Positions 46,284 through 61,200 of a stretch of DNA of 64,000 bases are shown here, piece after piece. Within the stretch, counting starts at the first letter, position 1. Every line of letters begins with the position of its first letter. Location of the stretch: positions 8,975,627 through 9,039,626 of the forward strand of contig MU058423.1 in the NCBI GenBank assembly GCA_013265495.1, given 5' to 3'. Below the pieces are notes generated by a model. That model was not told the origin of the DNA, did not search any database, and was given only the letters and a program-made list of their open reading frames with translations. This DNA is from Vicugna vicugna. Its lineage: Eukaryota. A program made the position numbers and the translations under genes.

Positions 46284-49200
46284 TTATTGTCTCAACTAGG
46301 TTGTTAAGTCCTTGAAAACAGGGATTGTTTCTCCTAATTATAGCAATGTGATGTGATAGAAAGAGCCTGGCCTTTAGAGTCAAATTTACTTGGCTTCAGA
46401 GCTGAGTTTTGCCATTCCTTTGCTGTGTGACTTTGGACAAATTACTTTACCTTTCTGATCATTAGTTTCTCTATTGTTAAAGAGGGCTAGTGTGCCTATT
46501 CCAGAAGGTAGTTGTGAGATACAAAGATGATGGATATAAAGAAGATGCTTATAAATACCTTCAAAGTACCCAGCACATAGTAGGCTTTCAGCACATGTTG
46601 AGTTTGATAGTTTGTACCTCCCTTGACCCATTAATAGTTCCTCAATAAAAGTTGAATTGTTGAAGGTGAATCTTCTTGTAGTTTAATTTCCTTTGAAAGG
46701 TTTTGAAAACATGAACTATTTCACCAATATTGAGGTAAATCTATCTAAGTCAAAACTTTCATTTACTGTCCCTAAATTTTATACTATCTGATGAAGGAGA
46801 GGTTAATTGAATCCTTTGAGTCTGTTGACCCAGAGTCAGGATTGTGGGGGTTGGAGGAGACAGAAAGGACAGACAAAATGGGACTGTTTGGGAAAGAATT
46901 CTTTCACTGTCTGCTAAATTTTAAGCCATCAATTTCAGTTATTTTAAACTTTATGTTAAAAGCGTGCATGTTGATGTTAGTAAGAGTAAAATATAAGTAT
47001 TATAAACATTAGCTGCTTTAGGATGGTCTCTTAAAGTAAAGCTAAAGTGTATGATTGAAGGTTATTCGTGTTTTAGGAAAAGAGGTCTTTACTTTTTCTT
47101 GGCGTTTTTCAGAAATCAGTAACAGCCTGGAAATTACAGTGAAAAAAATCTCAGAAAAATGTAAATGTATTATTCTTGTCAATAAACCATGTATTTGCTT
47201 TTATAGTATTTGCTGTAAGAAAAAGAATGAAATTCTTGTTTATAAATAGGTATTATAACAAGACTATAATATATATTGTAATTTAAATGTTAAGGGCTAA
47301 TCATCTTTAAAGTATAAAGTACTTGATGATACAGTAATTTTTTTAAAGTAAAAATGACTCTTTCCTGCATTAATGAAGCATTTTCAAATACATACCAGTA
47401 TTCTCAGATACGCTGAGAAAGTTAGAAATGTCTGTAGTTTGTGTTTAAAACTGTGATGTAGCTAATCAGATATTAATAGCATTGAATTGTTAACTTTTAA
47501 AATAAAATATTCTGCCTTTCTGATACTTAAGGTTTGGTAAGTCAAGTGAAATACATTCAGGCTTACTTATTTCTATAAGATATTCTATTTTGTTATACTA
47601 AGATGCTATATAAAATAGCTAAATCTAAAAAGTTATCTATAAATGACGGTAAGAAAACCTTTGCAAGGGAGGGATAAATTAGGAGTTTGGAATTAACGTG
47701 TACACATTAGTGTATATAAAATAAATAAGCAAGAAGGACCTCCTGTATAGCACAGGGAACTATATTTAATATCTTGTAATAACCTATAATGGAAAACAAT
47801 GTATATGATATAACTGAATCACTTTGCTGTACACCTGAAACTAACACAACAGTGTAAATCAACTATACTTTAATTTTAAAAGAAAAAGAAGGAAAAGAAA
47901 ACCTTTGGGTACATACTACACAAGGTTTTCTGTGTCCTTAGATCCTAACAGTCACTTTTGAATTCATTAATAGTGTTATTTCAGAAAATTGTTAATGACT
48001 CAAGTGTACTTACAAGCTGATGTGTTTGTACAGAATGCATCATTAAACATTTCTTTACTTTCATAAGGGATTGTAGGCAAGGATCATGTAAGCATGTGAA
48101 CAAATCTGACTCAAGGAGATAATTACTTAACAAAATTTACTAAACGGAAGAACAGCAAAATGCTCTCTGTGAGCTGGGGTTTGAGTTCCTCTGATTTCTT
48201 GACCAGAAATACTTAAGAAATAACCAATAATAAATTTGTCACTGATGCCAAATATTCTGATTTCAGCCTGGATAGTTTCATATTGTTTATGTTGTGATAA
48301 TGTTTCACTTATAGAATCGACTTGAAATTCAATGTATACTTAGAGGTAAGCCATGAAGGTCATTTATGAAATCTTTTCCTTTTTTGTTCTGTCATCTCTA
48401 GATTTGTGTTCGCTACTTTCAGACATGTGGTAATGGTCCTGTTTTGAAGCCAAAATATGTGTGTTTCTTTGGTTATCCTTCATTCAAGTATAGTCATCCA
48501 CATCAGTTGCTGAAAACAGCTGCTGGTAAGTATGATCTCAAAATAGCCTATACAAAATAATGCTTTGCATCTTATTGAGTACTTTTAAAAAAGTAATTGA
48601 AGATTTACCAAAGTTAAAAAAAAGTTGACCTTTTATTTCTAGCCTGGCCCTCCATGCTCTCCTCACATCTATCCAATTCTTACTTTGCGTGTATATGTGT
48701 GTGTGTCCCCACCTCCCACCCCTCCCTTTCACATACTTTCCCTTAATACTTGTATCTTCATGATGTTGAGAATGGGTTCTCCTGGGCCATCTGTTCTTCA
48801 TCATCTGACTCGTCCAAGTGCGAAAGTCAGCATTGATACCACTTTCTCAGTCAAATTAAATTGCTGACTTAATAGGTTGTATCCTTGTATTCACTGTATT
48901 ATTATTTGTTGGATGAGGCACTTAATCTTTCATGTTAAGATGATGTGAGGAAACCAACATGAGGTGCTCCTAGAAAGTCCCCTGGCTTTTACCACTTAAT
49001 TACCTTTCCCCCCAATTTTTCTACCCTCTGTAAAGATCTGTAGGCTTTAAGTATTAGATTTGGCAAAGGCATTAAAACTTTTTTTTCCTGATGTTCTATT
49101 TAGAACCCTGATAAAGAACCCTAGACTTTTGTTATATCATTAGGCTTTTGACAGATCCTTGATGCCTTAATCTGTGTCAGCAATGAAAAATAAGGGAATT

Positions 49201-52200
49201 CCAGGCAGCTCCAACCCCTGAGATTGGTCAGTCCTTGCATGCTTGTGTCTGTCGTCTTCTACAATGCACTCACATACGTAAACCTTATCTTCACCATTTC
49301 TAAAAAAGACTTCTATTTTTAAAAGCTGATCTTTTCTCTTTACTTCTCAGAGAAAATAGAGGCCATTCCAGCAGAAACTCTAACTTCCTCTCTTGTCTCT
49401 AAACACTTAAGATCTTTGGGTTCTTGATCCACTAATTACTAGCTGTGTAACTTTAAGCAGTTTCCTTAATTTCTCTGTTTCATCATCTGGAAAGTGGGAG
49501 AAATCGTATCTAACTCATACTATTGTGAGAGTAAATTCATTCAGCACAGCTGTTGACTGATCACCTACTATGCGCCAGGGCACTGCTCTACATACTTGGG
49601 CTACACTGTCCATCTCTTATTCCCTAACTCAATAAATACTTAGGCTGGAAACCTGGAGCCATCCTGATTCCTTGTCTCACACCAAAGTGATTACCAACGT
49701 CTATTAACGCTACATCTAATATGTTTCTTAAATCTGTCTTCTCCTTTTCAGACAACTTTGAGAATATGTAACTCTATTTAATTCTGTAGTTCAGTTTCTT
49801 ACCTGCAATAGCCTCCTGCTTTCTTTGCCATCCAACCCCCACCCCGTCCTTCCCATCACACTCCTGACAGAGATATTTTTCTCCAAAATTATAGATCTGA
49901 AATTGCAGATGGGACTCTATCAGCTAATTGTTGCTGAATAATAACCTTCCCCACAACTTAGTGGCTTAAGGCAACAATGATGTGTTGTTCCTCAGGATTC
50001 TGGAGGTTGTCTAACTGGGTGGTCCCTCTCCTGGTTTCACCTGGGCTCACTAATGTGACTTGTGTTCTGCTAGAAGATCTCTCTGCTCAAGACGGTTCAG
50101 GGTTCAAGATGGTCTTACTTGTGTGTCTGACATTTGGTGCTGGCTTCTGGCTGGGGCATCTTATCTCTCCTTCACGCGGCCTCTCTCATCCTCCAGTAGA
50201 CTAGAACAGCTTCCCACCTGGGGATCTCGGGGCACTGTGCAAAAGGAAGAAGGTAGAGGCTGTGAGGTCCTGTGAGGCTTGCAACCCAGAACTTATGCAG
50301 TTTTACGTCTGCTATATCCTCTTGGTCAAAACAACACTTAGACCTGCATAGATTTCTGTAGTGGTTAAATGAGCTCCACCTCTATGGGAACATCTGCAAA
50401 GAGTTTATGACTGTGTTTATTACCACTGGCTCTTGATTACCTTTAGGATAAATTCCAAACATCCTGCCTGAGTGTGGCACACACAGCCTTAAATCGGGGC
50501 TGATTTCTTGCTACGTGTCCTCCCCTCGGCTGTGGAGAACTGTCTGTCATTCCGTACACACTGTCAGATTCCCAGGCCTTGCACATGCTGTTCCTTGCAT
50601 AATACTGCTTTGTATAGAGATGCTGCAAGGTACATGCCACTTTCGGTTACTTCAGTTGGTTTCCAGTTCTTTATTACACCTGTGATGACTATTCTTGAGC
50701 ACTAATCTTTGTGTACGTCTCTATTTCCTCCGGGGAAAAGGTAATTAGAAGTAGAATTAATTACAGAGTCAAAGAATCTGACTTTTTTTTTTTTAAGGCT
50801 GTTGATACTTAATGCCAAACTATTTTTCAGAGAGGTTCTACTTTATACTATGAGCAGCAGGCTGTGAGAGGCCCCAACAACTAGAGAGGAAACTAGCGGT
50901 ACCTAAGACCACTGTATCGTAATTGCTAACTTACCTCTTCATACTTATTAAAGAAAATTTTACTACCTTAATCTACTTGTTGTACATTTTATAAACAGTT
51001 CTGATTAACAGCATCTAAAGTAGTGGAGCTCTCCTGAATCCGTTCAGAGCCATTTGTTAACCTGGAAAGGTGAGAGGATCTATGCATCCTTTCTGTTGAC
51101 CTGAAATTCTTTCTTTCTTGGGAATAATTACTGTAAAGTGTCATTGGCATCTAAGTATTATAAAAAGGGGGCAGAAATTTGAAAGGAGGTGAAAAATGGA
51201 AAGAGGAAAGAGAAGACTGAAATTTAATGATAAGCTGGCAGAACATGGTTTGGGCAAGTCTTCTAGGTAGGGATCTGCCTGCTCTTTAGATGCTAAGAAT
51301 GAGAAGAGCTGCATGAGGTCAAAAGAGCAGTCCATTAATGGTAATTACAGTTTCATAACATAAAACAAGGAGATCCATCTGGGTTTCCCTTTGTATGATA
51401 TCTTGTTCTATTTTCTGTGCATTGCTATTGTTGCAAAATCTCATTGTTGGAAGGGCCTTCTATACCCTTGTGAAAGAACATTATTTTGTAAGTTGAAAAA
51501 TGCCAGTTCTGTGGCAATATCAGTTGGTCTCTGTCACTGAATAATTGATATAAATCTTGGATAGTTATGAATGATGTTATGCTTTTAAACATTATAAAAT
51601 GTTTCAGTCTGTAAAATGGAATAATTTCTGTCTCTGCTTGAGAATATTTTCTAATTTTAGATGTCAAAGCACCTGCCTGCTAACAATCTATTACATATTT
51701 AATGTGATCATTTCTCATTTGTCTTTGAAGCGCTACAGGGACAGATTGTTCAGTTCAAACTTTCAGACATTGGAGAAGGGATTAGAGAAGTAACTGTCAA
51801 AGAATGGTAAGTTATTCTGAAAACAGTTTTAAGTATGAAAATAATTAGGATAAAAATAAGTAGAAATCCATTTAAATTGAGAAACTTCTTACTATAACAT
51901 GTAATGATTTTTTTAAAAAAGCAATAGGGTAAGCATAGTTTGTGTTGCCAATATTCTGGTGACTCAGTTCATCATACATCATGGCCCTGTATTTGATTTA
52001 ATTTATTAAGGATTTTTTTTTCCTCTTTAAAATAATTTTTTCTCACTGCCCACCCCTCACTTCAGTTAAAAAAGAAAATAGCCTCTAGAGGATATTAAAT
52101 TGCTGTGACCTTGTGTTTTGAAAAGCATTTAATATGTGAGCTTAACATTTCTTTCCAAACTATTTTAAAATCATCATGTAGTCTAAGCTTTCTTTACCGA

Positions 52201-55200
52201 AAATGACTTTAGTAAGAATGCAAATACATTTGATACAAATACATTACCTGACAGTTTACTTATATTTTCAGAAAAGGTTAAAATATTATATAAAAGGGCA
52301 TGAATCAAAAAATAACTATCGAAAAGGTTTAAAAAATTGTCCCGAAAAAGGGCTTGAAACAAAAATAGAAAGCTGATACTGCCTTAGCCATCCTTTTACC
52401 CCTTTTCTTTATTTCCCTTTCTGGAAAAAAAGAAACACCTCTGGGTACTGAACTGATTTTTAAAGGTTTCTAAAGTAGCAGTTAAGGTGAGTCAATAAAT
52501 TATCTGTCCCATAGTTTTATACTGTTAAAGATCCTTTTAAGAATCTGATTCAGAGGGGAGGGTATAGCTCAGTGGTAGAGTGTGAAGTTAGCATACACAA
52601 GGTCCTGGGTTCAATCCCTAGTACCTCCATTTAAAAAATAAATTTTTAAAAAAGAAAGGATCTGATTCAGCCTCTGAACATTCTTTCCGCCCAGTTCTCA
52701 TTATAATTGCCCTGTAAGTTAAAAGAGAACTATAATAACATCAGTGTATTGCACAGTTGTGTCTTTATGGCACTGTGGGATCAAGGAAAGGGCAACCGGC
52801 TTCAAGTTAGAAGAACCTGACTCTGAAACTTACTAACCATCTGAGAAACAAAGTCTAAGAACTCAGACTAAGATTCATGAAATTAGAAAGGATATGTACT
52901 GGGGATATCAATGCTTTGACTTAATTCTAGAAATAATAGGCATCCCCTAAAGCTTGACAAGGCTAATGTAAGACAACAGACGGGAATAAGACTTTTAAAA
53001 TACACTTCTGAATTTCTCCCAAGAAATGGGTGAGGCAGAAAATCTGACAATTTAATTAAATTTTTGGATTATTGAGCTATGAACTTTAAAATTAGTTTTT
53101 AAAAATTGTATATTTCTTAAAGAGATCAAAGAGCCTCTAGAAGCCATTTATAGTCTTTACTGGAACATTCTTTGGTGCACCACGTGGGACCCGATGCTGG
53201 GCTAGATGGACACTGATCTACTTCAGTGTAGCATTTATGTGTTAGGATGACCTGTATTACTGTTGCTCATGTAAAGGCGTCCTGTGTCTTTGTCTTTTAG
53301 GTATGTAAAAGAAGGAGATACAGTGTCTCAGTTTGATAGCATCTGTGAAGTTCAAAGTGATAAAGCTTCTGTAACTATCACTAGTCGTTATGATGGAATC
53401 ATTAAAAAACTGTATTATAATCTAGACGATACTGCCTATGTGGGGAAGCCGTTAGTAGACATAGAAACGGAAGCCTTAAAAGGTACTGTATGTTCATCTC
53501 TTTTGCCAAATTGACTCCTGCTTTCCTTTCGTCATTGGGTACCAACTAAAAGTGGTGTTGACTTTTTTTTTAATGTTATTAGCGCTTTTCATGCTTTACT
53601 TTTTTTTTTTTTTTCCCAAATGGAAGTACTGGGGATTGAACCCAGGACCTTGTGCATGCTAAGCATGCGCTCTACCACTGGGCTATAACCACCCTCCGGT
53701 GTTTACTTTTAATTACTTACAGGATTTGATATGGGGGTTTAGAAGCTGAAATCAGGAGAATAGAAAAGGTCCTCTGTGATGCGTGATTATCTTTTAAACC
53801 AGTTACCATGTTAAAACATGTACAGTAATATATCATTTATCTGGAGGTCTACCTTCGGGAAACCTTGGCATTCAAAGAAGTAACAAGCTTTCTTGGGAAT
53901 TAGAGATTAAAGCTTTGAACATTGGTCACTTACAACAAAAATTGAAATACACAAAGATTAAATCTCGTATAATGGGATTGCTCTGTTTGCCAATGATATA
54001 AACACTCAAACAGAATATGAAAACAAGTGTATGTATGTGTATGTATGTGTATGTATGACTGAAACATTATACTATACACCAGAAATTGATACAGCATTGT
54101 AAACAGGACTATACTTCAATTAAAAAAAAAAAAACCAAACACACTCTAATTGGTGCTGGTTATGAAAGCCAAACTTCTTGAAGAAAAGTAGAAAAGAAGG
54201 AAATCAGAGTGAGAAGCAAAGAAACCAGTATTCAGAAGCAGCAGCAACCGTGGTACTTACAAGCAGTAGATGTCCTGACAGAAGGGAATTCTTTTCGAAA
54301 ATTATTCAGAGGAAAATTAAAACAGTACAGTGTCCTTACGGTAGCAGACAGCTGGCTCTCTAAGTCAGAAGTTCCTTTTGGCCTTGTTGTGATACACCAA
54401 GATTATGTTATCTAGGAAGTTTTGATGTGGGGGTAGGGGAGCATAATTCTGTAAGGCAGCCCTAAGCCAGCAATTTTTCTGGAAGGGCTGAGTAGAGACA
54501 TTTCAGTCGTGTAATTCCAAAGTCCAGAAGGAGCCTGAATTACAGTGGCTGGCTGACTCTTAGTCCTGTAGTCTGTACAATAATATAATAACTAATATCA
54601 TAATCACACTTTACAGTTTATAAAATGTTTCACACTTAATATTTTATTTATCCTTTCTCGTGAGGTCGTCCGATTTAACAGATGAAGAAACTAAACCCAA
54701 CCTAGATAGATTGGGTGATTTGCCCAGTGACAAAGCCAAATTTAGAACTCGGATGACCTGAGCCTTTGTCCAGAATATTTTCCACTATATACAACATGTT
54801 GCCTCCAAAAGTTGGAAGAATAGCTTATTGAAAGGCTTCCTATTATTTTTTAAATTTCTATTGTAAAAGCAGGATACGTGCATTGTAGAAAGTTCTATAA
54901 TGCTGAAAACCAAAAATAAGAAAATGAAAACATAGTTCTACTACTCATTAATTACCACTCTTGACACATTAGTGTATGTTCTTCTAGGCACAGACACATT
55001 TTGGTATTTTTTAACCAGAATAATGTTTCGTACTTGCTGTATTCTGTTTGCTTAGTTTATGATTTACATATTGTCATGACAGTGCATTTTCATGTTATCT
55101 GGTAGTCAGACCATATTTAAATTTCCCCAGTTGCCACCAAAATGTCCTTGAGATTTCAACTGGTTTGTTCAAGCTAGGGTCCAGTGCAGGACTATACATT

Positions 55201-58200
55201 GCACTTGGTCTCTTAGTCTGGCTCCTACTTCCCCACACAACTTGCTGAAGAGATGGTGCCATTTGTTTTGCAGAATGTTACATCTTTTGGATTTGTCTTG
55301 TTGCTTCTTCATGGTGGTGTTTGACTTGTTCCTCTTATCTTTATATTTCCTGTAAACTGGGAGTAAATTTTAAAAGCTAGTTTCCAGTTAAATATTCTAC
55401 ATCATGGATAATTTTATGTACTTCGTATTTCTTCACATCAGGACACACAAAACATCTGAATGACCTTCTGTAGTGATGCTAAGTTTAAACACAGAATTAG
55501 GATAAACCATCCCCTTGCCCTTCCACTGTATGGTTATGTGTTTTCCTTTGAAATGTGAGAGTTATCTATGCGGTGTTACTTTGGCACTATGTAAGTGGTT
55601 TCTAATGTCATTTGAGAATCCTTGCCTTAATCAGTGATTGCTTTAGTAGTTGCAGAATGATGGTTTTTGGATTCTTTCCTTTCCTTTAACATTATTAGCT
55701 GGCATTATTCTGTAAAGTGGAGCTATCCCCTCATCTTTGGGGCTTTTAGTTACTCTGAAATACGGTTCCCACTGCAAAAAGGAAATAAATGCTTGATTCT
55801 TTCCTCTACCAATTCTCAAGTAAGGAATTGCTTTAATAGACTCTTCGAATTACAATATTAATTTTTCCAACTTTCTCTTTGTTTTTATTTCAATTGACTT
55901 GATGTACTTAATCTATTACATTCTTTTTAATACTTAAATCATTAAAAGTTGTGACCCTTTCAGGGTGGCTTCTATGTGTTCTTTTAGCATGACTCTGTGA
56001 ATTTTCAAAAGCTTGCTCGCTTTTGGCACAAGAAGATGAGTTGGGACTCACCTTGTACTTTTCCAGCCCAATTCCTTCAGCTGCTCTGTTCCTCTTAATG
56101 TGGAATGAATTAAGAGACCATAATCTGGGTGCTAGGTGTGCTGCTTACCATCTTGATTTCAAATTTCTTTTGAAAGGCATGATTTAGGACTATTAAAAAC
56201 AAAAAAGAATTTACCTTTAAAAATTACCTGAAATGATGGATCAACAATATATAGGTAGAGATTTTTTATTTTTTCACTCAGTTAAGATCCAGAAAGAAAA
56301 GAGTTATACTCTTGGCATAAACTAAAACAAGCCAAAGTGCTGAACGTTACTGTGGATGTCATTACATTAGGATATCCAATCAGGGGCTGTAGACCAGATT
56401 AGATACCTATCCTGGCCATCCACAAAAGCAAATTATAATCGACACAACATTATAAACTGACTGTAACTCAAAAAACAAAAAAAAAAGCAAATTATAATCA
56501 TCCCTTGGTATTTGCAAGGGATTGGTTCTGGGACACACACACATGCGCAAGCACACACACACACCCACAGATATAAAGGCCTGCAGATTCTCAAATCCCT
56601 TCTATAAAATGATGTAGTATTTGCCTATAGCCTACAAAAATCTTCCCATATGCTTTAAATCATCTCTGGATTACTTATAATGCCTAATACAATGTAAATG
56701 CTAGGTAAATTGCTGGCATGCAGCAAATTCAAATTTGCCTTTTGGAACTTTCTGGAATTTTATTTTCTGAATATTTTTTATCAGCAGTTGGGATCTTTGG
56801 ATATAGAACCTATTGATTCCCACGGCTTACTGTATGTGAACAAGTGAGCAATTGTGATTTGTAGGGGCTTTTTTGTTTGTTTATTTGCATTGATTTTTAG
56901 TTTCTTTTGGTATCTGAAGTGAGATCCAACTTTCAATAAGTCTTGATACAGCAAATTATAAAATCAAAGCACTTTTTCAGGAGGGAGGTATTTTTTTTTC
57001 TAGATAATTTTTTCACAAAACTTAATTTCCTGCATGACATGGATGAATCTTGAACAACTATGCTGAGCAAAAGAAGCCAGACTGAAAAAGAGAACATGCT
57101 GTATGATTCTATGTACATAAAAATTTCAGGAAATGCAAACTAATCTCTAATGACAATAAGGGTGGGAGGACTGGGAAGGAGGGACAACCAAGGTACAAGG
57201 GAACTTCCGGGGGTGACAGGGATGTTCATCATCTTGACTGTGGTGATGGGTTGTGGGTATGTGTATATTTCAAAGCTTATCAAATTTTGTATTATATCTA
57301 TGTATGTATTGTAAGTCTGTAAAAAATTAATGGGATTGGATAGGTTATGTTCAGAGTAAAAAAGATCTGATAATCCTCAGAGAACTGATCATTGTTAGCT
57401 GTTCTGTTTCATTTGCTGTTCAGAGTATATTCTGAATAATTATCTTGCATGCTAGTTTTACTATGTTTGTGTACCTTTTTGCTTTTATAGTTATGTTTTC
57501 TTATACTTTTTATTAATTTTTTAACTGTAAAAACTATGAAACATAAACCTGTATATCAAGTAAGCAGGCCTATATAAAAGGGTAGGTTGATTTCACTGAG
57601 AAATTTCTATGTGCCTCTTTTTAATTCTGGAAAGGATAAAAGTTTCTAAATATTTTGTGTACATTGTCTTAAGAATTTGTAGTAATGCTGAATTTGTATT
57701 GTTTCTTGTTTTAGTGCCACTAAAATCAATTATTATCTATAAAGAGAAAATGACCTAAGGAAAAGTCTTTAGAAGTATTAGATACATTAGGTCCATTTTA
57801 CAGGTAGAAGATAATTATAGCATAGAACCATCAAGAGTGTAAATCCTGTTTTCTAATACTTGTTTAAGTAACATTCTATGGCACTCTTTGAAGACATGGT
57901 GTTGCAGCCTACTTTTCAAGACCGTAATGTCATGATAATTTTGATGAGGAAAAACGTATTTGTGACCCCCAGATCTTATCTATCAGCGCTTCGACTGTAG
58001 AGTGACCTCTACTGGGAAAGAGGTTACTGGACTCACTGATGCCAACTTGTATCTGTGTCATGTAGAAAACATATACTGTTAAAGAAAACTACATCGCAAA
58101 TTGAAATCTAGTTACTTAACATTATCAAGATTATATCAAAGCTAACTCATGTCACAGTACACTGTCTGCTATAAACTCAGTTTTACATGCCAGCTAACTT

Positions 58201-61200
58201 GGCTTTCTCTGACCTCTAAAGAAGTAAGATGACTCCTCACTTTAAACAACTAAAACTTTTTCTTTTTTTTGAAGTATAATCCATTTACAATGTTGTGTCA
58301 ATGTCTGGTGTACAGCATAATGTTTCAATCATACATATATATACATATATTTGTTTTCATATTCTTTTTCATTAAAGATATTGAGTATAGTTCCCTGTGC
58401 TGCTGCCCTTCATCTGTTTTATATATAGTAGTTAGTACCTGCAAGTCTCGAACTCCCAATTTATCCCTTCCCCCTCTGTAACCATAGTTTGTTTTCTATG
58501 TCTGTGAACAACTAAAGCTTTTTGAACCAAAACTTTTCAAAACCATTTATTTAATGGTTTTGAACGTATCTTTACATAAAAAATATTAACGTACTTTACT
58601 CCCTGAACTGAGGATATTGAGTATAACCTGAAATCTTTTTTGATTATGCAGAGACATGTTAATGAATATTCATTGTTCTGGGAGCAACACGATTCTGCTT
58701 CTGAGTTTTGATTTTTCAGCCTACCTCTTAGCATGTCACTGTGCCGTGCCATCATTCTCCTTCCTAACTTTCTGGGACCACAGATACCCCAGTTTGTTAA
58801 GAAGTACGTGCTTCAGAAGAGAAGACAGGATCTGACTGAGAGTCTGAATGCCTTTTCTCTGGAGCATGTGCCTGGTTCTAATGCTGAGGCTGTGTGACAG
58901 CTACTTCAGGTGCTCTGGGCCTGAAGCCTTATATAAGCTTAAGTTGCCAAAAAGGCTGACCACCAGACAAGTAGGGGGCTCCTATACCTAATTACCCCTA
59001 ACTGACGTGTCTTGGTGCCATGCGTAGGTACGAAGGGAGGAGACGGGCGGACACAAGCGCTAGCAGAAAACTTTATAAAACTGCTATTATTCTGCCATTA
59101 TATTGCATTTACTCTTTAACATGAACACAACTACTGTTGAATGCTTTCTCTGTGCTGATGCTATCTGTACATTATCCTGTTAAGTCATACGGATTTTTAT
59201 CCCCATTTGGCACATGTGGCATTGAGCCCCACAGAGGTTACAGAGCTGTCTGTCTGTGGCCACGTAGCTGTCAGGTGGAGCGATGAGCTGATCACAGCCC
59301 TGTTTAACTCTAAAGCCCGTGGTCCTCACCGCTTTGTTATGCTGGAAGTTCTATTCAGAGACTATAGGTGGCAACTCCACACCACATCCAGAGCACTGGG
59401 ACTAGATTTCTAACAACATACATATGCATATTTACCAGAATTCTGCTGTAAGAACACATTAGGTGTCCCGTAGAGTTTATAGTATTAAAATATTTGCTCG
59501 GATAATACAGTGTTTTAAAGAAAAGCTCTTTGACATAAGACCATTCCAAGAACATACGTCATTTAATTAAATTAAGCTCAGTAACCAATTACACAGTACA
59601 TGCCTGAGCATAATAAGTACTCAAAAAATGGTAGCTGTAACGCTCTCTTGTACAGCTGATTGTAGACTGGATTGATTGAATCAGCTGTTTCAATAATTTG
59701 CCTTGAAAATGGAATCAAATCTCATTGGCTTAGTTGTCATTAATTCTTAATTTATGATCATTTGGGCAGAAACTAAACTAAGGTTTACACTTGTGGTATT
59801 AAGAAAGTTCTTCCTAAGCAGTTGTGCTGAGGGGCAGGCGGGGAGCGGGAAGCATTTTACAAAAGGAAACTTCCAGAAATCTTTTAGTGCTTTAGTATTT
59901 CAAAAGAATTTTTCCAGTTAAGTGAATAAACTGAACTACTTAATGTGATTCTTAGAAACAGTTTTTGAAATACCTAAGAATATTGCAATTTCAGAGTTTT
60001 AGTATTTTTACTAATTCAAATTACCATTTTATTTAGTTAATCTGAAACAATATAGTTTTATTATAAGTTTGCTTTACGTGATGAATTCCAGCCACACTAA
60101 ATTGACAATCTTCATGACAAAAAGTGTTTATTTACCAGTTCTTTTGCTCTTTCTTAAAATTTAATTAAGGCTTTGAAAACTGTACCTAAGTCCACTACTG
60201 AAGGAATAAAATCTCACATATAGTGCTAGAACCATGGAGATCACATCTGTTGAAGAGGGTCATGAAATTTTAGTTGTCTTAACTCCATCCCCTAAGAGTC
60301 TGTTTCTACATTGTAAAATCGAGAAATGTTTGTATGTTGGCATTTTTGCAGCATTGCATTTTCGTAACGTTGTTGTGATCATCAAAGGAGAAAATAAGTG
60401 TGAAATATACTTTATATAAGTATATAAAGACACTTAGAAAGTGACTTAAAGTGCTGTATAACCAGGTGATGTCTTAGTATGGATTAAGAGACCTTTCTTC
60501 CAACAACTGCATGACTACTACAAATCGTATATAATGTTAGTGACTTTTTACAGATATTTTATTACTTAATATTTACGCCCAAGTTATTCTAAGGGATAGT
60601 ACTACTTGGTGATATATCAAAATGTTTTCCAGGAAGGCGCGTAGCAATAAATTACATGATCTTTTTGGAATATTATATTAATGACCTTTGTATATGATAT
60701 ATTTGGGCATTTGTGCATTTCTCCTATTTCAGCAAATACGTGTTATTCAAATTAGCATTTGAGATTCCTGTGATTGAATCCTCTTGATTTTTCTTTGGAT
60801 CTTAGTTCCTAATGCTGATCTTTCTTGCTAGTTTCTCCAATAATCTTAACAGAGGTGGACAATACACAGGGCTTCTCAAAGTGCAACAAAATTATGCCTT
60901 GAACAATAGAAGCTCTATTCCAGTTTATCTGACCAGAAAGGAGATTTCCTAGGGCCATGAGCTAATGCAAACAGGAGAGAATGAGTCAGCCCTGGGATTG
61001 AATCCCAGTTCTTCAGTTTATTAGGTGTGTGACCTTGGTCCAGTCCCTTCATTTCTTAAGTCTTTTGCTTTTTTAATCTGTAAAATGGGGATTATAACAC
61101 CTATCTTACACAACTGGAATGAAGTTTAAGATACTGCATATGTAGTACAGTATTTGACATCCTAGGTGCTCATGGGAAGGAAAAATAATTTTCCCTCTAC

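Noticed and set aside
51731..51738. Alternative CAG acceptor 8 nt inside DBT exon 3
   Set aside because: Out of frame, and the upstream AAG directly follows the pyrimidine tract; nothing suggests use
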